DNA of 64,000 bases from Candidatus Omnitrophota bacterium (lineage in GTDB: Bacteria; Omnitrophota; Gorgyraeia; Gygaellales; Profunditerraquicolaceae). Within the stretch, counting starts at the first letter, position 1. Each line of letters starts with the position of its first letter. A model generated the notes under the pieces. That model was not told the origin of the DNA. It did not search any database and saw only the letters and a program-made list of their open reading frames with translations. The position numbers and the translations under genes are program-made. Below are positions 19,383 to 27,906 of this stretch, piece after piece. The stretch is from contig JBFZAN010000053.1 of NCBI GenBank assembly GCA_041309005.1, positions 34,252 to 98,251 of the forward strand, written 5' to 3'.

Positions 19383-20078
19383 ATGTATAAGAAAATAGCC
19401 GTATTTCTTTCCTGTTTCCTTATCGTGTCGGGTTATTCCCTGGTGGCGCGGGAAGTTTTGGGCGCATATGATTTCACCGGGGAAAAGATCACCTATTCCA
19501 TAAGCCCCGCGGGTGTGGCAGAGTACAATGACCTGGGAGTCGTTGATCTCGGGGGCAGGAAGGCGAAGCTGGTGACTTTCAGGACCAGGGTGTTCGGTTT
19601 CGACGACACGGAAAGGATTTACAGTGATCCCGGAACGCTTTTGCCGATAAGGGTGGAGCGCGATATTGCCTGGTTCGGGAGAGAGAACATTGTCGAAGAG
19701 TACGGCCAGGAGGATTTCAGCGTCACTATAAAAAAATATAAAGGCAAAAAAAAGATAAGCGAGAAGACGCTTAAAAAGGGCGGGGCTATCCAAAACGCCA
19801 TACTGCTTCCTTTCTACGTGCGCGCCGTCCAGGACCTTTATGTCGGATGGCAGCTCGATGTCAGGGTTCCTGCCGCATTCAAGGTAACGCTTGCGTCGAT
19901 AGACGAAATAAAGATAATGGGCAAAAAATTTTCTGCTTATCACTTTACGAGCGTGCCCGCTAAATTTGAAATCTGGATAAGCAAGGACCCTCTTCGGATA
20001 CCACTTAAAATAAGGGGCAAAGACGGGTTTAACTATACGCTGCAGATGAAGAGCTATAGCTTGCCGGGGAAGAAATAG
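19383..20078 (+). CDS. hypothetical exported protein
   Basis: Signal-peptide-like N-terminus MYKKIAVFLSCFLIVSGYSLVA; beta-rich composition; no catalytic motif recognised. Confidence 0.4.
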   Translation: MYKKIAVFLSCFLIVSGYSLVAREVLGAYDFTGEKITYSISPAGVAEYNDLGVVDLGGRKAKLVTFRTRVFGFDDTERIYSDPGTLLPIRVERDIAWFGRENIVEEYGQEDFSVTIKKYKGKKKISEKTLKKGGAIQNAILLPFYVRAVQDLYVGWQLDVRVPAAFKVTLASIDEIKIMGKKFSAYHFTSVPAKFEIWISKDPLRIPLKIRGKDGFNYTLQMKSYSLPGKK

Positions 20079-20531
20079 GTGCGTGGCTATAAAAGAATCA
20101 AAGAATCGGTCGCCGCCCTGATCAAGCTCAATACTACGCCTCCCGAGATCGCATTAGGGGTCGCCATAGGCGTTTTTATCGCCGTGATGCCGCTGTACGG
20201 TTTCCATACGCTGCTGGTGATTGTGTGCGCCGTACTCATCCCGAAGGCCAATAAAATAGCCATGCTGTTGGGGACGAATATCTCTTTGCCGCCCACCGTG
20301 CCTTTTATCACCTGGGCGGGCTACGAAATAGGGAGATCCGTGTTACGCAGGGGTTACCCGCCTTTACGCTGGTCGTTTTTCAGCCATTTAAGCCTCCAGA
20401 CAATACGCGAGCTCTACTACCCCCTGTTTCTAGGGAGCGTTATTTTAGGAGCGGCGTGCGCGTTGTTGTGTTACGGGGTTACGTTGTTTTTTGCGATGCG
20501 TCTCGAAAAGAAAAAAACCAGTGGGAACTAG
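20079..20531 (+). CDS. DUF2062-family membrane protein
   Basis: IALGVAIGVFIAVMPLYGFHTLL...LGTNISLPPTVPFITWAGYEIG pattern typical of DUF2062; GTG start immediately after the previous stop. Confidence 0.55.
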   Translation: MRGYKRIKESVAALIKLNTTPPEIALGVAIGVFIAVMPLYGFHTLLVIVCAVLIPKANKIAMLLGTNISLPPTVPFITWAGYEIGRSVLRRGYPPLRWSFFSHLSLQTIRELYYPLFLGSVILGAACALLCYGVTLFFAMRLEKKKTSGN

Positions 20532-21174
20532 CAGCGCTACGGAGATCAGGAAATTCGACCGCAAAGACAGGGATGCGGTCAGAAGAATATGTTGCGATAC
20601 GGCGTTAATGGGGGAGCCCGGCCAGGCCTTCTTTGACGGGGATGATATTCTTGCCGATGCCTTGACGATGTATTTTACTGATTTTGAACCGGGATCCTGT
20701 TTTGTTGCCGAAACCGCGGGCACCGTTACGGGTTATTTGATAGGGGCAAAGGACAGCAGGGTGTTAGGCAGGATATTCCGGGAGAAGATCCTGTTGCGCC
20801 TGTTGTATAAGGCGTTGCGCGCGGGCGCGTTACTGAAAAAGAAGAACATGATTTTTATTATGCATGTGCTGGCCAGCGCCTTTAGGGGAGAATTCAATGA
20901 CCCGGATTTTTTCAAGGCATACCCGGCAACCTTGCATATCAACCTCGCGCAGGGCTGGCGAGGGAGAGGTATCGGCGTAAGGCTTATTACTGCGTATGTA
21001 CAATACCTTGTCGCTGCCGGGGTCCGGGGGGTGCGTTTGTGTACTATGTCCGACGGCGCCGCCCTCTTCTTTGAAAAGCAGGGCTTCAGGCTGCTTTACC
21101 GCTCCCGCAGGAGTTATTTCAGATACCTGCTGCGTAAAGATATTCCTGTGTATATTTACGGAAAAGTATTATAA
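20491..21174 (+). CDS. GNAT-family N-acetyltransferase
   Basis: Acetyl-CoA binding-like segment RGRGIGVRLITAYVQYLVAAGVRGV. Start uncertain: ATG 20491 overlaps the upstream gene, alternative GTG 20521. Confidence 0.55.
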   Translation: MRCVSKRKKPVGTSSATEIRKFDRKDRDAVRRICCDTALMGEPGQAFFDGDDILADALTMYFTDFEPGSCFVAETAGTVTGYLIGAKDSRVLGRIFREKILLRLLYKALRAGALLKKKNMIFIMHVLASAFRGEFNDPDFFKAYPATLHINLAQGWRGRGIGVRLITAYVQYLVAAGVRGVRLCTMSDGAALFFEKQGFRLLYRSRRSYFRYLLRKDIPVYIYGKVL

Positions 21175-21176
21175 TA

Positions 21177-21536
21177 ATGGCAATGATCAGGATAAAAAGG
21201 GTATACGAGAAAGCGTCGAAAGATGATGGTTGCAGGGTGCTTGTAGACAGGTTGTGGCCCAGGGGAATGACTAAAACCAGGGCGAAAGTCGACCTGTGGC
21301 TTAAGGAGATCGCCCCAAGCGAAGAATTGAGGAGGAGGTTTGCGCACGACCCTCACAAGGCCATCGATTTCATGAAGAAGTATTTTAAGGAGCTGGACGC
21401 TAAAGTTGACCTGCTTGGCCAACTTATGTTGATAGCGGAAAAAGAAGACGTGACGCTGCTGTATGGCGCCAAGGACAAGGAGATCAACAACGCAGTGGCA
21501 CTGACGGAATATATCAATTCCAAACTAAGGAGGTAG
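21177..21536 (+). CDS. DUF488-family protein
   Basis: IRIKRVYEKASKDDGCRVLVDRLWPRG...WLKEIAPS is the canonical DUF488 signature. Confidence 0.7.
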   Translation: MAMIRIKRVYEKASKDDGCRVLVDRLWPRGMTKTRAKVDLWLKEIAPSEELRRRFAHDPHKAIDFMKKYFKELDAKVDLLGQLMLIAEKEDVTLLYGAKDKEINNAVALTEYINSKLRR

Positions 21537-21539
21537 CAT

Positions 21540-22118
21540 ATGCAAGGAAGGCGTGACGGTGTTGCGGTGCTGGTAACGTTACTCTTAGCTTTTTGTTTTA
21601 TGCTTCCTTCTATAGCAGGCGCGTATCTGGATACCATGGAAGGGCCCATAGTCAAAGACGGGAAAACAGCCTTAGAGAAGGCGGATGTGACGCCGGTCCT
21701 TAAATGGGTGAAAAGAGAAAAAGAAATAGAGGTCTGCGAGGCGTTCAATAAAGCGATGGCCGCCAGGAGCAAAGGCCCGCAGGAAAATGCCGCGGCAGAC
21801 AGGGCTTTTTTTGAGACGCTGGTCCGTCTGCACCATGAAGGCCGGGGCAATCCTTTTACGGGAATAAAGCCTGCCGCAGCCATACCTAACGTAGCGCTTT
21901 TGGAAGCCGACCTTGCGCTGGAAATAGGTTCGTCCGAAACGCTTGAGAAGCTGGTGTCCTTAAGCATAGCCGACGGTATCAGGCAGCGCCTCGCGAACGC
22001 CCTCGAGAAAAAGAAGGAACTTTCAAAAGGCCTGGAGGCCGAGAGAGAATACGCGGACGCCTATATCGCGTTTGTGGAGTACGTGGAGCGGGTATATAAT
22101 GATGCGCAGGCGAAGTAG
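21540..22118 (+). CDS. hypothetical secreted protein
   Basis: Signal-peptide-like N-terminus VAVLVTLLLAFCFMLPSIAGA; alpha-helical, no motif. Confidence 0.4.
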   Translation: MQGRRDGVAVLVTLLLAFCFMLPSIAGAYLDTMEGPIVKDGKTALEKADVTPVLKWVKREKEIEVCEAFNKAMAARSKGPQENAAADRAFFETLVRLHHEGRGNPFTGIKPAAAIPNVALLEADLALEIGSSETLEKLVSLSIADGIRQRLANALEKKKELSKGLEAEREYADAYIAFVEYVERVYNDAQAK

Positions 22119-22136
22119 CTAAGGAGCAAAGGAGTA

Positions 22137-22436
22137 ATGTTTGCGGTATCGAATTTTTTAATAGCGTGTGCCCGGGTGCTTGATATAGCCCTGACTATCC
22201 TGTACTGGCTCATACTTATTCGGGCGCTCATCAGCTGGGTGAATCCCGACCCTTTTAACCCGATCGTGCAGTTTTTAAATAAGACAACCGAACCCATACT
22301 GTATCCCATAAGAAAACTATTGCCTTTTAGCCTCAAATTCGGCATCGATATTTCGCCGATACTGGCGTTTCTGGCGATCATGTTTCTAAGGGTATTTTTA
22401 GTCAAAACGCTGCTCGATGTAGCGGCGAGGCTTTAA
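22137..22436 (+). CDS. YggT-family membrane protein
   Basis: LILIRALISWVNPDPFNPIVQFLNKTTEPILYPIRKLLP is the YggT/Ycf19 signature; 99 aa. Confidence 0.7.
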   Translation: MFAVSNFLIACARVLDIALTILYWLILIRALISWVNPDPFNPIVQFLNKTTEPILYPIRKLLPFSLKFGIDISPILAFLAIMFLRVFLVKTLLDVAARL

Positions 22437-22479
22437 CGCCTGAAATAAAGGACACATCCTTTAAAAAGACTCATCGCCC

Positions 22480-23103
22480 ATGCTAAAACGCGTTGACCGC
22501 TATTTTATCGCCGGACTTTTAATTATCGTACCGCTTTTTTTAAGCGTGTATATCTTCTATGTACTTTTCCGGTTCGTCGACGGGATACTGGGAAACTTCA
22601 TCGATTCCTATTTTCAAAGGACATTCGGGTTTTATGTCCCCGGTATAGGGCTCATCCTGTTTTTGGTCGGGATTATTTTTGTAGGGTTCATCAGCAGCCA
22701 CGTGCTGGGTAAAAGGTTCCATAACTTTCTCGGCCGCACGGTCACGCGGTTCCCTCTGTTGCGCTATATCTACCCCTTAATAAAACAGGCGTTCGAGTTC
22801 CTTTTTTCCGGAGACCGGCTGGCATTCAAGAAAGCGGTACTCGTAGAATACCCCTGCAAAGGGACATGGTCAATCGGGTTCATCACCAATGAAAGCTTTC
22901 ATGAGGCCCGGGAGAAAACAAGGCAGGAATTGCTGAACGTCTTTATCCCCCTGGCCCCGAACCCGGTTTCCGGGTTTATCGCGCTCGTTCCCCATAAAGA
23001 GGTGATCCAGCTCGACATAAGCATACAAGAGGCCATGAAGTTGATTATTTCCGCAGGCTTGATTAACCCTCATATGCCCGCCAGACCCGCAACAAAAGAA
23101 TAA
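22480..23103 (+). CDS. DUF502-family membrane protein
   Basis: Two N-terminal TM helices then VEYPCKGTWSIGFITNE...IPLAPNPVSGFIALVPHKEV pattern typical of DUF502. Confidence 0.6.
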   Translation: MLKRVDRYFIAGLLIIVPLFLSVYIFYVLFRFVDGILGNFIDSYFQRTFGFYVPGIGLILFLVGIIFVGFISSHVLGKRFHNFLGRTVTRFPLLRYIYPLIKQAFEFLFSGDRLAFKKAVLVEYPCKGTWSIGFITNESFHEAREKTRQELLNVFIPLAPNPVSGFIALVPHKEVIQLDISIQEAMKLIISAGLINPHMPARPATKE

Positions 23104-23131
23104 ATTTATCAATCATTTTTTAGGAGGCACC

Positions 23132-23452
23132 ATGGTTACGTTAGATGAGTTCAGGAAACTTGAATTAAGGGTAGCCCGTATCAAAGAGGTAAGCGACCAT
23201 CCAAACGCCGATAAGCTTTACGTGATACAGATCGAGCTGGGCGATGTGACCAAGCAGATCGTCGCGGGCATCAAGCATTTCTACAGTAAAGAGGACCTGC
23301 TTGGCCGTCAGGTCGTCGTGGTGGATAATCTGGAACCGGCGCTGCTTCGGGGCGTTGAAAGCCAGGGGATGCTGTTGGCCGCGCAGGATGAAGAAGGGGT
23401 CGCGATAATTACTACCTCAAGGGAAATGAAGGCAGGCAGCGTCGTGAAATAA
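23132..23452 (+). CDS. tRNA-binding protein (CsaA / EMAP-II-like OB-fold domain)
   Basis: FRKLELRVARIKEVSDHPNADKLYVIQIELGD...RQVVVVDNLEPA matches the tRNA-binding OB-fold of CsaA and the MetRS C-terminal domain. Confidence 0.75.
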   Translation: MVTLDEFRKLELRVARIKEVSDHPNADKLYVIQIELGDVTKQIVAGIKHFYSKEDLLGRQVVVVDNLEPALLRGVESQGMLLAAQDEEGVAIITTSREMKAGSVVK

Positions 23453-23453
23453 T

Positions 23454-23924
23454 ATGCAGGAATTAAGACAGTTTATCGCGAAGGAGTATTGTTTTAAATG
23501 CCAGGGTTGTTGCAGGTTCGCCGAACAGGCCGGCGCCTGGGCGCCGAGGCTTCTTGAAGAAGAGAAGTCCAGGGTCGCGCCTTTACGCAGGAGCCTGCTG
23601 CTTCTGGCAAACCCGCAAGGCGACGGCTTCCTCTGCCAGTTCTTCGACACGCGCGGCAATAAATGCAAGATTTATGCTATCCGGCCTTTTGAATGCGGCC
23701 TTTATCCCTTTCTCCTGAATCGCCGGCAAGGCAGGGTGTATCTGTCCGTTGACGTAAAGTGCCCTTTTATAAAAGAAAAGGGGCGCATCGGCGAGTACAA
23801 CGGTTACGTCCAGTACTTAAACGGGTATTTCAAAGACCCTGATATCCTGTATACCTTAAAACGCAACCCGCAGGTAATCCAATCATACGAAGACGCGCTG
23901 GATATCTTTGAGTTAAGGCTTTAA
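23454..23924 (+). CDS. YkgJ-family cysteine-cluster protein
   Basis: CFKCQGCCRFAE...CQFFDTRGNKCKIYAIRPFECGLYPF Cys pattern of the YkgJ/UPF0153 family. Confidence 0.6.
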   Translation: MQELRQFIAKEYCFKCQGCCRFAEQAGAWAPRLLEEEKSRVAPLRRSLLLLANPQGDGFLCQFFDTRGNKCKIYAIRPFECGLYPFLLNRRQGRVYLSVDVKCPFIKEKGRIGEYNGYVQYLNGYFKDPDILYTLKRNPQVIQSYEDALDIFELRL

Positions 23925-23926
23925 CG

Positions 23927-24829
23927 ATGCGCTTAAGACCTCTGACCGTAAGAGACATAAAAACCTTTCGAGCATTCTTAAGCTTAAAGCCGCATGAGCT
24001 TTCGGTCTACGCCTTTGAGAGCATTTATCCCTGGAAAGCGCTCTATGAAATAAACTGGACAGTAATGGGGGAGAGCCTCTGCGTGTTTTTCCGGGATCGG
24101 CTGGGGTGTTTTCTTAATCTCGCGCCGCTGGCAAAAACAATTGACCCGGCCTGCGTCAGTAAAGCGTTCGCGGTCATGGATCAAATCAACAAACACAAAG
24201 ACATTTCTCGTATTGAAAATGTCGAGGAGCAGGACCGCCAGTTTTATACGCAGGCAGGTTACCGCTGCGTAGAGAAATTTCCCGATTATCTCTGCGAAAG
24301 GCAGGAGCTGGCTTGCCTTAAAGGCAACAAGTTCAAGTCCAAGCGCGCCGCCTCCAATCATTTTATGAAACATTACGCGTTTGAATATCTGCCGTTTTCT
24401 TTGCGCTACAGGGACGCGTGTCTAGATCTGTATGCTGCATGGATGCGGGGGCGCTTTGAGGCGAACCCTGACTCCCTATACCGCGGCATGCTTAAGGACG
24501 GGCTGGTTTGCCTGAAGCGGGTGTTCGATAATTATAAGGACTTCTGTTACCGCGGGGCCCTGGTAAAAACAGAGGGCCGGGTATGCGGCTTCAGCCTCGG
24601 CTTCCCCCTTAATAAAGACACCTTTTGCATTTCGTACGAAATAACCGATCTTAAGGCGCAGGGTTTGAGCCAGTTTATCTTCCGGCGGTTCTGCGAAGAG
24701 CTGTCCGAGTATAGGTATATCAATATTATGGACGATTCCGGGCTGACAAACCTGAAGAAGGTAAAGCAGTCTTATCACCCCTCTAGATTAATACCGAGCT
24801 ATATCGTAACGCGGGGGCCTGCGGATTAA
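23927..24829 (+). CDS. DUF2156-domain protein (MprF C-terminal-like, GNAT-fold aminoacyl-transferase-type domain)
   Basis: 300 aa; the pattern of conserved aromatic/charged blocks resembles the stand-alone DUF2156 domain. The call is tentative. Confidence 0.45.
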   Translation: MRLRPLTVRDIKTFRAFLSLKPHELSVYAFESIYPWKALYEINWTVMGESLCVFFRDRLGCFLNLAPLAKTIDPACVSKAFAVMDQINKHKDISRIENVEEQDRQFYTQAGYRCVEKFPDYLCERQELACLKGNKFKSKRAASNHFMKHYAFEYLPFSLRYRDACLDLYAAWMRGRFEANPDSLYRGMLKDGLVCLKRVFDNYKDFCYRGALVKTEGRVCGFSLGFPLNKDTFCISYEITDLKAQGLSQFIFRRFCEELSEYRYINIMDDSGLTNLKKVKQSYHPSRLIPSYIVTRGPAD

Positions 24830-24835
24830 AAGAAA

Positions 24836-25669
24836 ATGCGCGATGAGATGAATAAAGCATTGGACGAGGTAGAATTTACCATTTTTGATACGGAAACGAC
24901 CGGCCTGGAGCCGGGATCAGGCGACAGGATAGTGGAAATCGCGGCAATACGGTTTAGGGGCAAGGAAACAGTCTCCACCTTCCAGACCCTCGTGAATCCG
25001 AACCGGCAGGTCTCTGAGGGCGCATTCCGGGTGAACCACATAACCCGGGAAATGCTCGAAAGCGCCCCCGCCATAGAAGCAGTGCTGCCCGATTTTCTGA
25101 ATTTCATCAAAGGCAGCTGCCTTTGTTCTTACAACGCTCCCTTCGACATGGAATTCCTGGAGAACGAATTAAAGCTTGCCAATGTCAGTCCGCCGGCCGG
25201 CCTGGTGGTGGTGGATATCCTCAGCATGGCAAGAAAACTTTTGCCCGGTCTCCCGCGTTACGCGCTCTGGTCCGTCGCGCAGAAACTCGGGGCCGCCTGT
25301 GAGCAGCGCCACCGCGCATTTGCCGACGTAGAAATGAGCCTGGACGTGTTCAGGAAATTAGGGGACATAATGAGACTGAAGCGCATAATCGATTATAAAG
25401 GGCTGGTCGTTTTATTCGGCCTGGACTCTCCATTTTTACAGGATATTACCAGCCAGAAGATCGCCCAGATACAGGAGGCCATCGACCTGGGGGTAAAGAT
25501 CAGGATCCAGTATTTTTCCAGTTCCGGCGCTCAGGTTTCCGAACGCGAAGTGGCGCCCAAAGTAATAAAACTCGACAATAACAAAGCGTACCTGGTCGGT
25601 TATTGCTGCTTGAAGCACGAGGAGCGTACATTCAGGATAGATGGCATATTACACCTTGAAATCATATAA
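24836..25669 (+). CDS. DnaQ-like 3'-5' exonuclease (DEDDh) fused to a C-terminal WYL domain
   Basis: Exo I FTIFDTETTGLEP, Exo II SYNAPFDMEFL, Exo III HRAFADVEMS. The C-terminal IRIQYFSSSGAQVSEREVAPKVIKLDNNKAYLVGYCCLKHEERTFRIDGI fits the WYL consensus. Confidence 0.7.
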   Translation: MRDEMNKALDEVEFTIFDTETTGLEPGSGDRIVEIAAIRFRGKETVSTFQTLVNPNRQVSEGAFRVNHITREMLESAPAIEAVLPDFLNFIKGSCLCSYNAPFDMEFLENELKLANVSPPAGLVVVDILSMARKLLPGLPRYALWSVAQKLGAACEQRHRAFADVEMSLDVFRKLGDIMRLKRIIDYKGLVVLFGLDSPFLQDITSQKIAQIQEAIDLGVKIRIQYFSSSGAQVSEREVAPKVIKLDNNKAYLVGYCCLKHEERTFRIDGILHLEII

Positions 25670-27011
25670 GTTGACCCTGGATCCGTTCGAGATCTTCCAA
25701 AGGCTGCAGGGAGGCAGGGGGTGCTTCTTCCTTGATTCCAGCCTTGCCTCCGGGGAATCGGGAAGGTTTTCTTTCCTGGGCATAGACCCGGTCCTTACGA
25801 TCAGTGCCGGCGCAAAGACAGCCTTCGACGGCTTAAGAAACACGCTGGACTCCTACCGCGTCTGTATCCCTAAGTGCCGCATTCCTTTTCTGGGGGGCGC
25901 GGTGGGGTATCTTTCGTATGACCTTGGGGAATCAATGGAGAAAAAGATAACCAGAAGGCAAAAAGAAGCGATAGAGATACCCGAGTGCCGGTTCGCTTTT
26001 TATAATACGGCCATAATCATAGACCATCTCAAGCACAACCTTCACGTCTGCGCAGTGGGCTTTCCAGAAAAAAGCTCCCACTGGGCAACGCTCCTTTGCA
26101 GATCAAACCTCAAAAAGATCCACGCGTTGCTTTCGCGTAACAGCCGCGCGGCAGCAGGGAAGAATGAAGGCGCTGCCGGCCCGCGGCCGGTCGAGATAGA
26201 GTCGAATTTCAACAAAACAGGATACCTTTCGGCCGTAAAAAAAGCCAAGGCGTATATAAAAAAGGGCGATATATACCAGGTAAACCTTTCGCAGAGATTT
26301 TCCTGCGCAAGCGCGCTGGACCCAAAAGAGATTTATGGCCGGTTGCGCCGCATCAGCCCCTCTTATTTCAGTTGTTATCTTGATGGCGGAGATTTTCAGA
26401 TAGCAAGTTCCTCTCCCGAGAGGTTCCTGAAAGTCGACGGCAGGCGGGTAGTTACCAGGCCGATGAAAGGCACAAGGCCCCGCTCAAGCCATGCGCGTAG
26501 CGACCGGCGATTTAAAAAAGCGCTTCTTGGCAGCGCCAAAGACAAAGCAGAGTTGCTGATGATCGTAGATCTGGAGAGAAACGATCTGGGGAGGGTCTGC
26601 GATTACGGATCGATAAAGGTCACCGCCTTAAGAGAGCTCGAGTCCTATAGTACGGTATACCAGACCACCGCCACGGTGGAGGGGATCTTGCACAGGGATA
26701 AAGACAGGTTTGACCTGCTGCGGGCGTGTTTCCCTGGAGGCTCGATCACCGGCTGCCCTAAGATCAGGGCAATGGAAATTATCGAGGAGCTTGAGCCTTG
26801 CAGGCGCGCTATCTATACGGGAAGCCTTGGATATCTGAGCTTCACCGGCGATATGGATTTCAATATCCTGATCCGCACCTTCCTCAAGAAGCAAAACAGC
26901 CTTTATTTTGGCGTCGGCGCAGGCATCGTCGCCGATTCAGAACCGGAAGCAGAATACCGGGAGACCCTGGTTAAGGCAAAAGCGATACTACAGGCGATCA
27001 ACGTGAAATGA
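25641..27011 (+). CDS. pabB: aminodeoxychorismate synthase component I (chorismate-binding enzyme; PabB/TrpE family)
   Basis: Chorismate-binding motifs SSPERFLKVDGRRVVTRPMKGT, LLGSAKDKAELLMIVDLERNDL, FPGGSITGCPKIRAMEIIEELE; followed by a class-IV aminotransferase (PabC-like) rather than trpD, so PabB is favoured. Confidence 0.7.
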   Translation: MAYYTLKSYKLTLDPFEIFQRLQGGRGCFFLDSSLASGESGRFSFLGIDPVLTISAGAKTAFDGLRNTLDSYRVCIPKCRIPFLGGAVGYLSYDLGESMEKKITRRQKEAIEIPECRFAFYNTAIIIDHLKHNLHVCAVGFPEKSSHWATLLCRSNLKKIHALLSRNSRAAAGKNEGAAGPRPVEIESNFNKTGYLSAVKKAKAYIKKGDIYQVNLSQRFSCASALDPKEIYGRLRRISPSYFSCYLDGGDFQIASSSPERFLKVDGRRVVTRPMKGTRPRSSHARSDRRFKKALLGSAKDKAELLMIVDLERNDLGRVCDYGSIKVTALRELESYSTVYQTTATVEGILHRDKDRFDLLRACFPGGSITGCPKIRAMEIIEELEPCRRAIYTGSLGYLSFTGDMDFNILIRTFLKKQNSLYFGVGAGIVADSEPEAEYRETLVKAKAILQAINVK

Positions 27012-27841
27012 AAGAAATTATCTTTTTGAACGGCCGGTGTATCCGGAAAAAAGAAGCCGTGATCTCTGCGTGCGGGCCTGGAGCCTTCTACGGCTGCGGC
27101 GTATTTGAAACCATGCGCAGTTACCGCCAGAGGGTAGTGTACCTGAAGAATCACCTTCTAAGGATCGGGAGCGCCTGCCGGCGTATGGGCATAGCGCAGC
27201 CGTTTCGCCCGCAGGAGCTAACCCGGATGATCGCACAGGCCGTCAAATTAAGCGGTTTTCGCGATGCGTACGTGAGGCTGAGTATTTACGAGGCCGAACG
27301 CGGGGTGGATACCGTCGTGCTTGTCAAAAAATACACGCCTTATACCGTTTCAGCATACCGAAGGGGTTTTCGCGCCTGCATAGCCGGGGTGAGACAGAAC
27401 GAGTCTTCAGTCCTCCCGGGAATTAAATCCATAAACCGTCTTTTGTACAGGATTGCATATGGCCAGGCGCAAAGGGATGGTTTCGACGAAGCGATTATGC
27501 TTAACAGCCGGGGCTTGGTAGCCGAAGGTTCCCGTACCAATATATTCCTGGTCAAGAGCAAAAAAATACTGACCCCGGCTTTAGAGAGCGGTTGCCTTAA
27601 CGGGATCACCCGCCAGGCGGTATGCGATCTTGCCGGGAAGTGCGGCTTCTTAGTCAAGCAGGGCGCCATCGCGCCCCGGGATGTAAGAAAGGCCGATGAG
27701 GCATTCCTTACTAATTCTTTGGTGGGGATCATGCCTCTGGTGTCCCTGGCAAAATCGCCGATTAACCGGGGCAAAGCCGGAAGCGTCACCATGGCCTTGA
27801 TGCAACAATACAAGCTTCTTTTAAAAGGCGGCGGGCAATAA
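27008..27841 (+). CDS. pabC: aminodeoxychorismate lyase / class IV aminotransferase
   Basis: Class IV PLP-fold enzyme (GVFETMRSY, ...EGSRTNIFLV..., LNGITRQ); translationally coupled to pabB (ATGA overlap). Confidence 0.65.
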   Translation: MKEIIFLNGRCIRKKEAVISACGPGAFYGCGVFETMRSYRQRVVYLKNHLLRIGSACRRMGIAQPFRPQELTRMIAQAVKLSGFRDAYVRLSIYEAERGVDTVVLVKKYTPYTVSAYRRGFRACIAGVRQNESSVLPGIKSINRLLYRIAYGQAQRDGFDEAIMLNSRGLVAEGSRTNIFLVKSKKILTPALESGCLNGITRQAVCDLAGKCGFLVKQGAIAPRDVRKADEAFLTNSLVGIMPLVSLAKSPINRGKAGSVTMALMQQYKLLLKGGGQ

Positions 27842-27906
27842 AAGCGCTATGTTTTTTAAGAATAAGATATAAAATATTTATACGTAAGATCTTTAAGGAG
27901 TGGCTG

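Noticed and set aside
22452-22475. Hairpin AAAGGA-CACA-TCCTTT after the YggT gene as a terminator
   Set aside because: A 6-bp stem followed by an A-tract rather than a U-tract on the transcribed strand. Probably not a functional intrinsic terminator.
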